A stretch of DNA of 64,000 nt from the NCBI GenBank assembly GCA_965242725.1, contig CBDESZ010000018.1:404578-468577 (forward strand), written 5' to 3'. The notes under the pieces were generated by a model, which saw only the letters and a program-made list of their open reading frames with translations, made no database searches and was not told the DNA's origin. This document shows positions 18,914 to 29,098 of the stretch, one piece after another. Positions within the stretch are counted from its first letter, which is position 1. Each line of letters starts with the position of its first letter. The translations under genes and the position numbers were made by a program. Source of the DNA: Alkalispirochaeta sp. Its GTDB lineage: Bacteria; Spirochaetota; Spirochaetia; DSM-27196; Alkalispirochaetaceae.

Positions 18914-20195
18914 ATGATACGCATCTCGCGCCGTTTGGGTGCCCTACTCATAATTGTTCTAATCGTCGTCTCATGTTCTCGCCAACCGGAAGAGTACGCC
19001 GTCCTGCTGTGGCCCGATACAGGATCTTCTCTTGAAGCGGGAACGGTTGCAGGTATCACCGAAACAGGTCCGGACGAAACCGTCACCGTCATTCAAAATG
19101 ACGAAGAAATCTCCCTTGAGCGGTGGCGTATACGCTCTTTTGAAGAACAAACGGCGGCCGAGTCATATGCCGAAACGTTCGCGCCCTGGAAGGAAACGTA
19201 CGCGCGGAGCATGAGGACGGCGCTTCCCGTACGGGCCCGTCCCGACTCCAGCAGCGAAAGACTGTACCGATTACGGGACGGAGAGTTGATGAAGGTCCTC
19301 AACCGTCAGGACGAGCGTGCCGACGAGGGAGGACTGTCAGACTACTGGTATGAAATTCTCACCCGGGAAGGCGTGATAGGCTGGGTTTTCGGATACCACC
19401 TGGAGCTCACCGGCGCAGCCGGTAGAGCACTGGATCCCCGTGAGGAACATGACGGACTGGACAGACTCGTTCGGGACATAGCGTCCGTGGTATGGCGTCC
19501 TGAATACTTTGAACGTATGGTCTCAGCGGGCCGAATCAATCTCGACGAGTTTGCACCCCCGTTTCGGACTTTTCGGCGACTGGGAAGAGAACGAATTTCG
19601 TATTGTATTGCCGGATGTGCAACGTGAGGTTTCCTATACCGGATACCGCTCCTCCGACGGCCGGATCATCGAGTTTGAAGGGGCCGATCTGGAAATGGAG
19701 TATCATGGCGAGGAACGGCTGACCGTCACCTATAGCGTAAACGGCCGACGACGATCGACTGAGTTTCGGATATTTGACGAAGATATCTCCCTCGTTATCG
19801 AAGCGGAGTTGGAACGGCGGGAACGGAAACTCCAGGAATTTCTCGATCGGGGATCTCAGCTTATCAGTACCGCCTACGGCACCATGACGATATTTGACGA
19901 TCGGCGGGTTACATGGACCGATTACGATCGTCTCGTACCCAACGTCATCCCTCCTGCATTCGACGGTAGCGGAAGAATTCGATTTGATCTGTTCCTTTCG
20001 GACAGTCTTCACGGACGATACGACGGCGTGCTCAAGCTTACCGGATCTACGACGGAGATCGCGTTTCTCTACTCCTTCACCGACGACGGCGTCCGGTTCG
20101 TCTATGTTCCACGGAACACTCTGGACGAAAACGGGGTGATCCTATCTGAGCCGGTATCTCCGGTGGTGATATTCTTTCGGTTCTTCAACGGGTGA
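18914..20195 (+). CDS. SH3-domain lipoprotein (one apparent frameshift near 19556-19560)
   Basis: Lipobox-like VVSC; SH3b pattern LPVRARP..LYRLRDGE..WYEI..GWVFG. ORFs 18914 and 19509 join if one C is removed from the C5 run. Confidence 0.72.
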
Positions 20196-20207
20196 CAGGG
20201 ACCTCCG

Positions 20208-22175
20208 ATGCTGTCAGCAACGGCCCTGTCCCTGTCATACGGCACACAGAACATACTTGATGATGTAAGTCTCACCATCGACAGCGCAACGCGAGCGGGA
20301 CTCGTCGGCGCAAACGGGAGCGGGAAAACATCGCTTCTGCGCATTCTCGCCGGCAAGGAACGAGGGGAAGGCGGAAAGGTGATCGCCGCCAGGGACGCCA
20401 TCATCGAATACCTTCCCCAGCGAAATGCGGTACCCCTGGAACGTACGGTCTACTCCTTTGCGGACGAGGGATATGAGCGGGATCATGACCTTCTTGAACA
20501 ACGAAACCGCGCTGCCGACCGCCTCGCCGCCAATCCCCATGACGAAAACGGTCTCGCAGTCATCGCTGAAATCGACCACCATCTGGAACACAGCGGTTAC
20601 TACCGGCGACAGGAGAAAATCGGACGCGTTCTTGACGGGCTCGGTTTTACGAGTCGTGATTACGATCGCCCCCTCGCCCAGTTCAGCGGCGGGTGGCGAA
20701 TGCGAGCAGCGCTGGCAAAGAGCCTCCTGACACGTCCCCACATCCTCCTTCTCGATGAGCCGACAAACTATCTCGACAGCGAAGCCCGTTTGTGGCTCGG
20801 CAACTTTCTGAGATCATTTGACGGCGGTTTCGTCGTAGTTTCCCACGATCGCGCCTTTCTCGACGATACGGTTGATACAATTCTGGAACTCTTCTCCGGA
20901 AAAGTCCGGCGATATCGGGGAAGTTACACGGAGTACGAAAATCGTCGAAGCGAGGAGTTGCGCCAACTCGTGGATGCCTGGGAAGCACAACAGCGGGAAA
21001 TCGCCCGACAGGAAGAGTTCATTCGCCGGTTCCGGGCAAACGCCAATAAGGCACGGCAGGTCCAAAGCCGGGTCAAGGCGCTTGAAAAAGTAGAGCTCAT
21101 TGAAATACCGGAACACCTTCGTCCCATTCATATCGTACTCCCTCCCCCGGTACACAGCGGAAAGACGGTTCTCTCACTATCGGAAGTCAACAAATCCTAT
21201 GGATCTCTTCACGTTCTTGAAGATCTTTCCCTGACGCTTACGAGGGGACAGCGGCTCGCCGTCGTCGGATTGAACGGAGCCGGAAAATCGACGCTGTTGC
21301 GCCTTCTTTCGGGAAGTGAATCACCCGACGACGGTGAAATCCGCACCGGAACAGGTGTCGAAATCGCCTACTTTGCCCAGGACAGTGCCGACCATCTCCC
21401 CGCGGACGAGACGATACTCCAGTATGTCACAGCTCGGGCCCACGACCAGGCGGTTCCCCGGGTTCGCGATATTCTCGGGTCGTTCTTGTTTTCCGGAGAC
21501 AGTGTCGACAAGCCTCTCGGAGTACTTTCGGGGGGTGAGCGGAGTCGCGTTGCCATGGCAACCCTTCTCGTACGATCCGCCAACCTGCTTATCCTTGACG
21601 AACCGACAAACCACCTTGACATGACTAGTCAGGAAGTTCTGGCTAAAGCACTTTCCCGTTATGAGGGTACCGTCGTCTTTGTCTCCCACGACCGCCATTT
21701 CCTCCGGAGTATCGCCACTGACGTTCTCGCACTCTGGCCGTCGGATCGGTCGGATCCTGCGATCCCGCGAAATCGCTGGCAACTCTATCCCGGTTCGTAC
21801 CGTGAGTTTGAGGGGGCATCACTTGGTCGGGTCTTTCTTCTCCACTCCGCTATGGCCGAAAATTCGGGTCCCGCAGAGTCTGCGGGAAACGATGCCTCGG
21901 CAAAAGACTTCGCGGAGCAGAAGAGACTCAGGTCGGAACTCCGTAAAATTGAAAAACGAGAAGAGGAACTTCTCAATGAAATAGACCGAATGGAATCACA
22001 GCACCGACAGCTCCAGGACGAAATTTCCCGTCCGGAGATTTATACCGACGGGCGTCGCGTCCGGGATCTGACGGCTCGGTTGGAAGAAAATGAACAGATC
22101 CGCGCCGACCTCCACCGGGAGTGGGAAGATCTGGAAGAACAACGAAACCGAGTTGTACGAGAAGCGGAGTCTTAA
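20208..22175 (+). CDS. ABC-F family ATPase
   Basis: Two NBDs (GANGSGKT/FSGGW/DEPTN; GLNGAGKS/LSGGE/DEPTN), no TM segments, C-terminal coiled coil. Confidence 0.93.
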   Translation: MLSATALSLSYGTQNILDDVSLTIDSATRAGLVGANGSGKTSLLRILAGKERGEGGKVIAARDAIIEYLPQRNAVPLERTVYSFADEGYERDHDLLEQRNRAADRLAANPHDENGLAVIAEIDHHLEHSGYYRRQEKIGRVLDGLGFTSRDYDRPLAQFSGGWRMRAALAKSLLTRPHILLLDEPTNYLDSEARLWLGNFLRSFDGGFVVVSHDRAFLDDTVDTILELFSGKVRRYRGSYTEYENRRSEELRQLVDAWEAQQREIARQEEFIRRFRANANKARQVQSRVKALEKVELIEIPEHLRPIHIVLPPPVHSGKTVLSLSEVNKSYGSLHVLEDLSLTLTRGQRLAVVGLNGAGKSTLLRLLSGSESPDDGEIRTGTGVEIAYFAQDSADHLPADETILQYVTARAHDQAVPRVRDILGSFLFSGDSVDKPLGVLSGGERSRVAMATLLVRSANLLILDEPTNHLDMTSQEVLAKALSRYEGTVVFVSHDRHFLRSIATDVLALWPSDRSDPAIPRNRWQLYPGSYREFEGASLGRVFLLHSAMAENSGPAESAGNDASAKDFAEQKRLRSELRKIEKREEELLNEIDRMESQHRQLQDEISRPEIYTDGRRVRDLTARLEENEQIRADLHREWEDLEEQRNRVVREAES

Positions 22176-22204
22176 TATACTCCCAATACACGGGAGGTCA
22201 CACG

Positions 22205-23143
22205 ATGAATACATTAAAAGGACGCTCACTGCTCACGCTCACCGATTATTCCGCGGAGGAGATACGCTACCTTCTCGATCTCTCTCATAAGGTAAAGGGA
22301 GAGAAGGCTGCGGGACTTCGTCCGTCCCGCTTTGTGGGATACTCACTGGCAATGATCTTTGAAAAGCGATCTACGAGGACCCGCGCAGCCTTTGAGACTG
22401 CCTTTGGTGAGGAGGGAGGACATCCGGTATTCCTCTCAAGCCAGGATATCCAACTCGGCGCGAAGGAGACGATAGAAGATACCGCCCGTGTTCTCGGTAG
22501 AATGTTTGACATTATCGAGTTTCGGGGATTTCAACAGCGGGCCGTTGAAGTCCTGGCGCAACACTCCGGTGTTCCCGTCATCAACGGTCTGACCGATATG
22601 TTTCATCCCACTCAAGCACTCGCAGATCTCATGACCATTGAAGAGCATATGGACCATCTGGCGGGCGTACGGAGTGTCTATATCGGTGACGGCCATAACA
22701 ACGTCTCAACCAGTCTGATGCTTGCCGCGGTAAAAATGGGAATGCATCACACCATTATCTGTCCCCCCGAGCGCGCCCCTGATCCCAAATACGTAACCCG
22801 GGCAAAGGAGTATGCGGAACAGTCGGGAGGTTCCATCGTCGTCAGTCATAAACCAACCGATATCGGACGCATGACCCATGTTGTTTATACCGATGTATGG
22901 GTTTCCATGGGAGAGGAAGACCTTGCCTCTGAACGGGTGGAAATGCTCAAACCCTATCAGGTGACGGGAGAAATTATGGCGCGGGCTCCCCAGGCAATCT
23001 TTCTCCATTGCCTCCCTGCGGTGCGGGAAAACGAAATGACCACGGAAGTCATTGACGGTCCCCAGTCACGTGTTTTCGATCAGTCTGAAAACAGGAAGCA
23101 CACCATCAAGGCGGTTATGCTTGCAACCCTCGGGCTCGCATAG
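22205..23143 (+). CDS. argF: Ornithine carbamoyltransferase
   Basis: STRT, HPTQ, DVWVSMG, HCLP; GGAGG RBS supports ATG at 22205. Confidence 0.9.
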   Translation: MNTLKGRSLLTLTDYSAEEIRYLLDLSHKVKGEKAAGLRPSRFVGYSLAMIFEKRSTRTRAAFETAFGEEGGHPVFLSSQDIQLGAKETIEDTARVLGRMFDIIEFRGFQQRAVEVLAQHSGVPVINGLTDMFHPTQALADLMTIEEHMDHLAGVRSVYIGDGHNNVSTSLMLAAVKMGMHHTIICPPERAPDPKYVTRAKEYAEQSGGSIVVSHKPTDIGRMTHVVYTDVWVSMGEEDLASERVEMLKPYQVTGEIMARAPQAIFLHCLPAVRENEMTTEVIDGPQSRVFDQSENRKHTIKAVMLATLGLA

Positions 23144-23156
23144 TACTATTTTTGAT

Positions 23157-23570
23157 ATGAAAATCCGAAGCGTGTTGGCGATTCTAATTGTTCTTCTGGC
23201 GGCCGCGCCGACGGCGTTTGGGCAGGAACAGGGAGAAGAACAGGACACTATTCTCGCGGTCACGGTCTACGTACAGCGTATTTATCCCCACAGTCTGGGG
23301 TACAAGGTGATTTACAATCAAAGTGATCTCTATCCCGGTGAACTGTACTTGCCGGGACGCTGGTTCACAGATGCAGCGGGGAAAGCGGCCATCATTTACC
23401 GGAACCACGCGAGCGTCCCGTATATGACCGTCTATTATGTGAACGGCGAATTCAGCCATCTTCAGTTATTTGCCCACTCCAATCCGGCTCATAGATCGTG
23501 GGGTGCATTACCAAGCGATCAGGACCTCCGGGAGGAGTTCTCGGTAGAGACTCTGGACATCAGCTACTGA
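23157..23570 (+). CDS. Hypothetical exported protein
   Basis: Signal peptide MKIRSVLAILIVLLAAAPTAFG. Confidence 0.7.
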   Translation: MKIRSVLAILIVLLAAAPTAFGQEQGEEQDTILAVTVYVQRIYPHSLGYKVIYNQSDLYPGELYLPGRWFTDAAGKAAIIYRNHASVPYMTVYYVNGEFSHLQLFAHSNPAHRSWGALPSDQDLREEFSVETLDISY

Positions 23571-23578
23571 ATTTTACT

Positions 23579-24553
23579 GTGGATATTACACCAGTCGTAC
23601 CCGTTCCCGCTGAAGTCGTATCTTTTATACGACAGCACAGCGGGTTCGTCATTCTGGGTCACCGCGAGCCTGACGGCGACTGCGTCGGCAGCCAGTTGAC
23701 CCTGGCAAATGTACTTCGCCGCATGGGAAAAGGCGTTTCTGTTTACAACCCCGGCCCCTTTGAACGACAGGAGATCGCCCTCTACTACGACCAGTTTGAC
23801 CGTTCCATCAATCTCGACCATCTGGGAGACAATCCTGCCGCAATCGTCGTCGATTCATCCGGAAGTGACCGGTTGGGATCTGGTGCCAATGAGATCTCCG
23901 CTTTGCAGGTACTCGTCATAGATCATCATACAAGCGGTGCGTCCTTTGGTGACGTCCGATTCGTTCGGCCGGCAATCCCCGCCACGACGATTCTCGTCAC
24001 CTCGTTGATCCTTGCGATGGAGCAAACGATAACGAAAGATGATGCATTTCTACTCTTCCTCGGCCTCGCGACGGATACCGGTTTTTTTCGATTTCTCAAC
24101 AGCGGAGAACAGACGGCATTTACCACCGCCCTCGTACTATCCCGGGCCGGCGCCTCTCCCCGGGATGTCGACGTGCATCTGCGCAGTGGTCGCTCCTTCG
24201 AAAGCAGACGTCTCATAGGACGCATGCTCGATCGTGTTGAACGGCTGCAGGACGGTCGCATTCTGCTGACATATCAGACCCAGGCAGATGAACGTGAAAT
24301 GGGGAGCCGACGCGATTCCGACGCTCTGTACAGCCTGCTCCTTGCCATTGAGGACGTGGAAGTCATCGCAGTTGCCAAGGAGAAACCTGACGGCTGTACC
24401 GTAAGCTTTCGTGCTTCCGGAGGCATCGACGTCGGAGATCTGGCCACCGAATTCGGCGGTGGGGGCCATCAGAAAGCGTCAGGAGCCTTTTACGAAGGGC
24501 CGCTCATAGAGTTTCTCGGGATACTTCGCTCCCGACTCAACGCACTCTTTTAG
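23579..24553 (+). CDS. nrnA: DHH/DHHA1 phosphoesterase (NrnA-like)
   Basis: GHREPDGD, VVD, IDHH, TDTGFF, SFR, GGGGH. Start codon uncertain. Confidence 0.88.
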   Translation: MDITPVVPVPAEVVSFIRQHSGFVILGHREPDGDCVGSQLTLANVLRRMGKGVSVYNPGPFERQEIALYYDQFDRSINLDHLGDNPAAIVVDSSGSDRLGSGANEISALQVLVIDHHTSGASFGDVRFVRPAIPATTILVTSLILAMEQTITKDDAFLLFLGLATDTGFFRFLNSGEQTAFTTALVLSRAGASPRDVDVHLRSGRSFESRRLIGRMLDRVERLQDGRILLTYQTQADEREMGSRRDSDALYSLLLAIEDVEVIAVAKEKPDGCTVSFRASGGIDVGDLATEFGGGGHQKASGAFYEGPLIEFLGILRSRLNALF

Positions 24554-24800
24554 TCCTTCTGCCCCGCCTTCCAATGGGAGAGACAATTCCCCAGCCGCTA
24601 CGGACCATGTAAAGCCGCACTATGACGGCGCACCCTGCAATAACGACTTCCGGTAATAGCGATTCCCTGGAAAGCGCCCGCCGTAGCCGCGGCGAGATAC
24701 AATTATTCGCCGCGAATTGTAACAGAATGTATCAATAACACATCCATTCATGGACAAAAAAATAGGCATGAATTTTGCTTTCCATGGGTGGAGGATATCG

Positions 24801-25655
24801 ATGAGTAGCATTAACCAGGTATATCTCGCCTTCCGACGCGGCGAGACCGACTGGGACTCTCTGATTACCCAGTGTTGCATATATATCGGAGAGATCTCTG
24901 TGCGCATGTTTCGTGTCGCTATGGAAGAGAGGGACGATACGATCGCGGAGTTCTTCCCGAAATTGTGTGCTTTGACGGCCAATTATCAGGAATGCGGTTC
25001 AAGTTTTGAAGCATACCTCACGGTGAGTCTGCGCTTTTTTTGCAGGAGCCGGCACCGTCGTCGTCGTGAGTGTGCCCTGCGGGAAGTTCTCACCGACGAT
25101 GTCGACTCGCCGCTCTTCCTGGTTGAGGACCGGGAATCGGTCACCATCGTTCATTCCGATTTCTCATGTCCCGGCGGTCAGCGTCCCCTTCTGACAATCA
25201 CACGGCGAACCGACACTCTGCGAAAGCAGCTGCTTATCTCCTTTTGCAAGAATCTCCCGATTCTCGACGATGAGCAGGTCGCATCATACACCCGCCTGCT
25301 TCAGTTGCCTCCCGGATTGGTTACGAGCCTTGAAACGTATGTATCAGACCGAAGGGAGCACTTCCTCCAGCGAAGGAACCGGTACACCGAACAGCGGGAC
25401 CGGCATTACGCTGAAATGCATCGCTGTCAGCACCTCGCTGCCGCTACGTTGTCGGTCGATGAAAAGCGGAGCCTCACCGAACGAAGTGAATACCACCGCC
25501 GCCGCTGGCTTCACTACCATGAGCGTTTGAAGCGGCAGAATATTCACCTCAGCAACCGGGAAGTCGGTCTGCTTCTGGGCATACCCAAAGGTTCCGTCGA
25601 TTCGGCTATGGCGAATTTGAACCGAAGGCTTGAGGCGATCAGCCGGTCCCGATAA
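24801..25655 (+). CDS. Sigma-70/ECF-like protein
   Basis: Region-2-like DD..F..SFEAYL and C-terminal HTH LSNREVGLLLGIPKGSVDS; GGAGG RBS before ATG 24801. Confidence 0.55.
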   Translation: MSSINQVYLAFRRGETDWDSLITQCCIYIGEISVRMFRVAMEERDDTIAEFFPKLCALTANYQECGSSFEAYLTVSLRFFCRSRHRRRRECALREVLTDDVDSPLFLVEDRESVTIVHSDFSCPGGQRPLLTITRRTDTLRKQLLISFCKNLPILDDEQVASYTRLLQLPPGLVTSLETYVSDRREHFLQRRNRYTEQRDRHYAEMHRCQHLAAATLSVDEKRSLTERSEYHRRRWLHYHERLKRQNIHLSNREVGLLLGIPKGSVDSAMANLNRRLEAISRSR

Positions 25656-25664
25656 CCTACCGCC

Positions 25665-26356
25665 ATGAATACTCTACTCCTTGCCTCCAACAATGAGCAC
25701 AAGTTCCGTGAGATGACATCCATTCTGAAGCATCTCGACGCTCCGGTTCATCTCATGCGTCCTTCAGATCTGGGATTTTCCTTTGACGTCGTTGAATCGG
25801 GTGATACCTTCGAAAAAAAACGCCGCAGCAAAGGCGTGGGGATTGTATCGCCTCCTCCTGGGTGAGCAGTTGCCCGGAGTGACGGCCTCGGACACTCCCG
25901 GGAAAATCAGGGAAAATGTGCGCTCCCCGTTTTTCAGCAGCTCTTCCGAAGGTAATCGCCGATGATTCAGGAATATGCGTGCATGCCCTGGACAATGCGC
26001 CCGGGGTGTATTCGGCGCGTTTCGGTTCGGACGGTCCCGATCCTCCCCGCACTGACGAGGAACGAAACACGCTTCTCCTGAAGACCCTGACCGGCGTATC
26101 GGACAGGGGCGCCCATTACGTATGTAATGCCGTTCTCGTACTCGATTCGGAACAGTACATACAAACGGAGGCAACCTGGCACGGTACCGTATTGTCCGCA
26201 CCCGCGCAGGGAACGACCGGATTCGGCTACGATCCTCTCATCTTTCTGGAGGACTACGGCCTATCGGTTGCGCAAATGCCGCAGGAACAGAAAGACCACG
26301 TCTCCCATCGCGCAAAGGCGGTAGCCGCCCTCATGAGAGGTGCAGCTCTTTCTTGA
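25665..26356 (+). CDS. rdgB: Non-canonical purine NTP pyrophosphatase (two apparent frameshifts)
   Basis: ASNNEHK, E.GDTF, NA..KA, ADDSG, PGVYSARF, GFGYDP, SHR spread over three frames; shifts at the A8 run 25813-25820 and near 25925-25934. Confidence 0.85.
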
Positions 26357-28218
26357 CACCCCGCCGAAAAGTAACTAGGCTCCCCGCCATGCATGGAGTA
26401 ATCACCAGAGATCAGCAATCTCCCGGAGACATCTGGGATCTGTCTTCCCTCTACGACGACGAGCAACAGTGGACCGAAGACTTGAAGCGCCTCGAAGGAT
26501 TTGAACCGGTTATTACGGAGTACCAGGGCACTCTGTCGCAGTCTGCGCAACGGTTGCGGGACTATCTGGATCTTACTGTCCGCATCGGTATTCTCGAAGA
26601 GCGGCTCGGATACTACGCGATGCTTAAACAGGCCGAGGATGCAGGCAGCAGCGATAATCAGAAACGGTACGCCCGGTTCATGCAGGTTGCCTCACAGATA
26701 TCCGCCGCGATGAGCTTTTTCGCCCCGGAACTGCACGAAATTCCGGAAGGGCAAATGTCCGCTTTTCTCGAAGATGAAATTCTGGCGGAGTTCCGCATCA
26801 CCCTCAACAAGATACTGCGGTACCGACCGCACACATTGTCCCCCGGGGAAGAGCGTATCCTGGCGATGCAGCAGGAAGCCAACCAGACGGCATCAAAGAG
26901 TTTTGGCGCCCTGGTGGATGTGGACTTTGACTTTGGCGAAATCGAAACTCCCGAAGGCATCCGACCTCTCACACAATCAACCCTTTCCTCCCTTCTTGAA
27001 CATCGGAACCGGGACGTCCGACAACGGGCGTTCACCCGGTTCTATGCGCTCTATGAGGGACACAAGAACACCCTTGCAGCCCTGTACACGGGAAGTGTGA
27101 ATCTTGACGTATATCACGCCAGGGTACGAAAATTCTCATCCGCCCTGGAATCAAAGCTCTTTCCCGACGACGTCCCCGTCGCCGTCTATGACAATCTGGT
27201 TGCGGCGGTGCGGAAAAACCTCCCGATACTGCACCGATATTACCGTCTCCGGAAGATCGTTTCCGGTCTCGATGATTTTGCCGTATACGATACGAGAGTC
27301 CCCCTCGTTCCCTCCATCACGGTGGATAACAGCTATGAGGAAGCGGTTGATACGGTGCTGTCCGCCCTGGCACCGTTGGGTGGGGAGTACGTCGATACCC
27401 TGAAAAATGGTCTGCTCGGCGGATGGGTAGACCGCTATGAAAACAAGGGAAAACGCTCCGGTGCATTCTCCGCCGGCAGTTATACAGGCTATCCCTACAT
27501 CCTCATGAACTACAAGGAAGACTCCATCAGGGACATGTTCACCCTCGCCCACGAGGCGGGACACAGCATGCACTCCTGGTACAGCGTTCGGTCCAATCCG
27601 TTTCAGCACTATGATTACACGATATTCGAGGCGGAAGTCGCCAGTACATTCAACGAACAGCTTCTCATGAAGCATCTTCTCGACAAGACCGACGACGACG
27701 ACATGCGGGCATATCTCCTGAATAAGCACCTCGATGATCTGCTCGGGACACTTTTTCGCCAAACGATGTTTGCCGAGTTTGAACGAACCATTCATGAGCA
27801 TGTCGAATCCGGTAACGCCCTGTCCATCGACCACCTCAGATCGGTGTACGGTGACCTTCTCACGGCGTACTTCGGACCCGACGTCGTCATTCCGGAAAAC
27901 CTGAATCTTGAGGGGCTGCGGATTCCCCATTTTTATCGATCATTCTACGTGTACAAGTACGCCACCGGCATCAGCGCCGCCATTTCCCTGGCGCAACGCG
28001 TACTCAACGGCGGGGCAACTGAGAGGGACGATTATTTCGCATTTCTCCGTTCCGGGGGCTCCCGGTATCCCATCGATTCCCTCTCCCGGGCAGGCGTCGA
28101 CATGGCGTCTCCGGAGCCTATAGAAGATGCAATGGCGCTCTTTGCACGGCGCGTTGAGGAGCTTTCGGGAGCGTTGCAGGTCGATCTCCAGGCCAAAGAG
28201 TTCCCGTCAAATAGTTGA
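26353..28218 (+). CDS. pepF: Oligoendopeptidase F (peptidase M3B)
   Basis: WDLSSLY, GKRSGAFS, HEAGH, AEVAS, HFY..FYVYKYATG. Exact start uncertain. Confidence 0.93.
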   Translation: MTPRRKVTRLPAMHGVITRDQQSPGDIWDLSSLYDDEQQWTEDLKRLEGFEPVITEYQGTLSQSAQRLRDYLDLTVRIGILEERLGYYAMLKQAEDAGSSDNQKRYARFMQVASQISAAMSFFAPELHEIPEGQMSAFLEDEILAEFRITLNKILRYRPHTLSPGEERILAMQQEANQTASKSFGALVDVDFDFGEIETPEGIRPLTQSTLSSLLEHRNRDVRQRAFTRFYALYEGHKNTLAALYTGSVNLDVYHARVRKFSSALESKLFPDDVPVAVYDNLVAAVRKNLPILHRYYRLRKIVSGLDDFAVYDTRVPLVPSITVDNSYEEAVDTVLSALAPLGGEYVDTLKNGLLGGWVDRYENKGKRSGAFSAGSYTGYPYILMNYKEDSIRDMFTLAHEAGHSMHSWYSVRSNPFQHYDYTIFEAEVASTFNEQLLMKHLLDKTDDDDMRAYLLNKHLDDLLGTLFRQTMFAEFERTIHEHVESGNALSIDHLRSVYGDLLTAYFGPDVVIPENLNLEGLRIPHFYRSFYVYKYATGISAAISLAQRVLNGGATERDDYFAFLRSGGSRYPIDSLSRAGVDMASPEPIEDAMALFARRVEELSGALQVDLQAKEFPSNS

Positions 28219-28260
28219 CCAAATTTCATTGGTCGTGTTATATTCCGGGCTCACAGCAAA

Positions 28261-28344
28261 GCGGCAGTGGCGGAACTGGTAGACGCGCCAGCTTGAGGGG
28301 CTGGTGGCCGCAAGGTCGTGGAGGTTCAAGTCCTCTCTGCCGCA
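28261..28344 (+). tRNA. tRNA-Leu (GAG)
   Basis: Acceptor gcggcag/ctgccgc, anticodon arm ccagc-ttGAGgg-gctgg, long variable arm, T loop gttcaagt; CCA not encoded. Confidence 0.95.
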
Positions 28345-28351
28345 TCTGTTG

Positions 28352-28386
28352 ACTCACGGCGAGTTTCTCGTCGTGAGTTTTTTTTA
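28352..28386 (+). terminator. Intrinsic terminator after tRNA-Leu
   Basis: actcacggcgag-ttt-ctcgtcgtgagt stem followed by a T run. Confidence 0.85.
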
Positions 28387-28458
28387 CGGGATTACTTTTC
28401 ACACCACCGACAATCGTCTGCCTGCGACTTTTTTCCCGTTTCATGGTACCCTCTGCGC

Positions 28459-29031
28459 ATGTCCTCATCCGTTCGAGAAAAGATTCTGAAAAACGCAATA
28501 TCCGCTTTTGCCGGCAGAGGATACGAGGCGGTGGGAATACAGGAACTCTGTGAAAGCGCCGCAATCACCAAACCGACTCTCTATTATCACTTCGGCAATA
28601 AGGAGGGCCTCCTCCGGGCGTCCGTTGAATACGCGGTCTCCACGTTTCTCTCCGGAATTTCCGGCTTCCTTGCCGTATCCGACGATACTTCCCGCAGCGA
28701 TTTGCTCGACGAAATCGGGGCCCTTCTCGACGGCGTCTATCGCTTTGCCCACCGGGAACAGACGCTCTTTCAACTCATCGTTCAGGCTCTCTATGCACCG
28801 CTTCAAAGTACGCTGAAGGTGGTGGCCCATGATTCCATTACCGGAATGATACAGGCCTTTACGGATTACTTCCGTCGGCTGTCGGAAAACCATGGAAACC
28901 TCGGCGGAAAGGAGGAATACGTCGCCCTCGTATTTCTGAGTCACTCAGTGATCTATTCCCAGTATGAACGTACAAATGACTCGCATGCACGAAAACTGGC
29001 GTCCCAGACCTTTCTGTATGGCGTCTTTTGA
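28459..29031 (+). CDS. TetR/AcrR family regulator
   Basis: FAGRGYEAVG..ITKPTLYYHFGNKEGL HTH; the ORF-track start overlaps the tRNA so ATG 28459 is preferred. Confidence 0.9.
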   Translation: MSSSVREKILKNAISAFAGRGYEAVGIQELCESAAITKPTLYYHFGNKEGLLRASVEYAVSTFLSGISGFLAVSDDTSRSDLLDEIGALLDGVYRFAHREQTLFQLIVQALYAPLQSTLKVVAHDSITGMIQAFTDYFRRLSENHGNLGGKEEYVALVFLSHSVIYSQYERTNDSHARKLASQTFLYGVF

Positions 29032-29070
29032 CTCCCCAACGGGTTGATTGTATACCTACCGTTCGGTATA
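29028..29070 (+). promoter_or_regulatory. Candidate promoter and TetR-type operator upstream of the GH13 gene
   Basis: TTGACT (29028-29033), 17 bp, then tatacctaccgttcggtata (29051-29070), 16/20 palindromic. Confidence 0.55.
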
Positions 29071-29098
29071 TTCGGATATATACTTTGGGAGGTTTCTG

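Noticed and set aside
25813..25820. Programmed frameshifting in rdgB
   Set aside because: A second shift is also needed, and similar homopolymer insertions occur across unrelated genes, so assembly error is simpler.
28261..28344. tRNA-Leu as an integration site
   Set aside because: No integrase nearby and I found no duplicated tRNA 3' end in the window.
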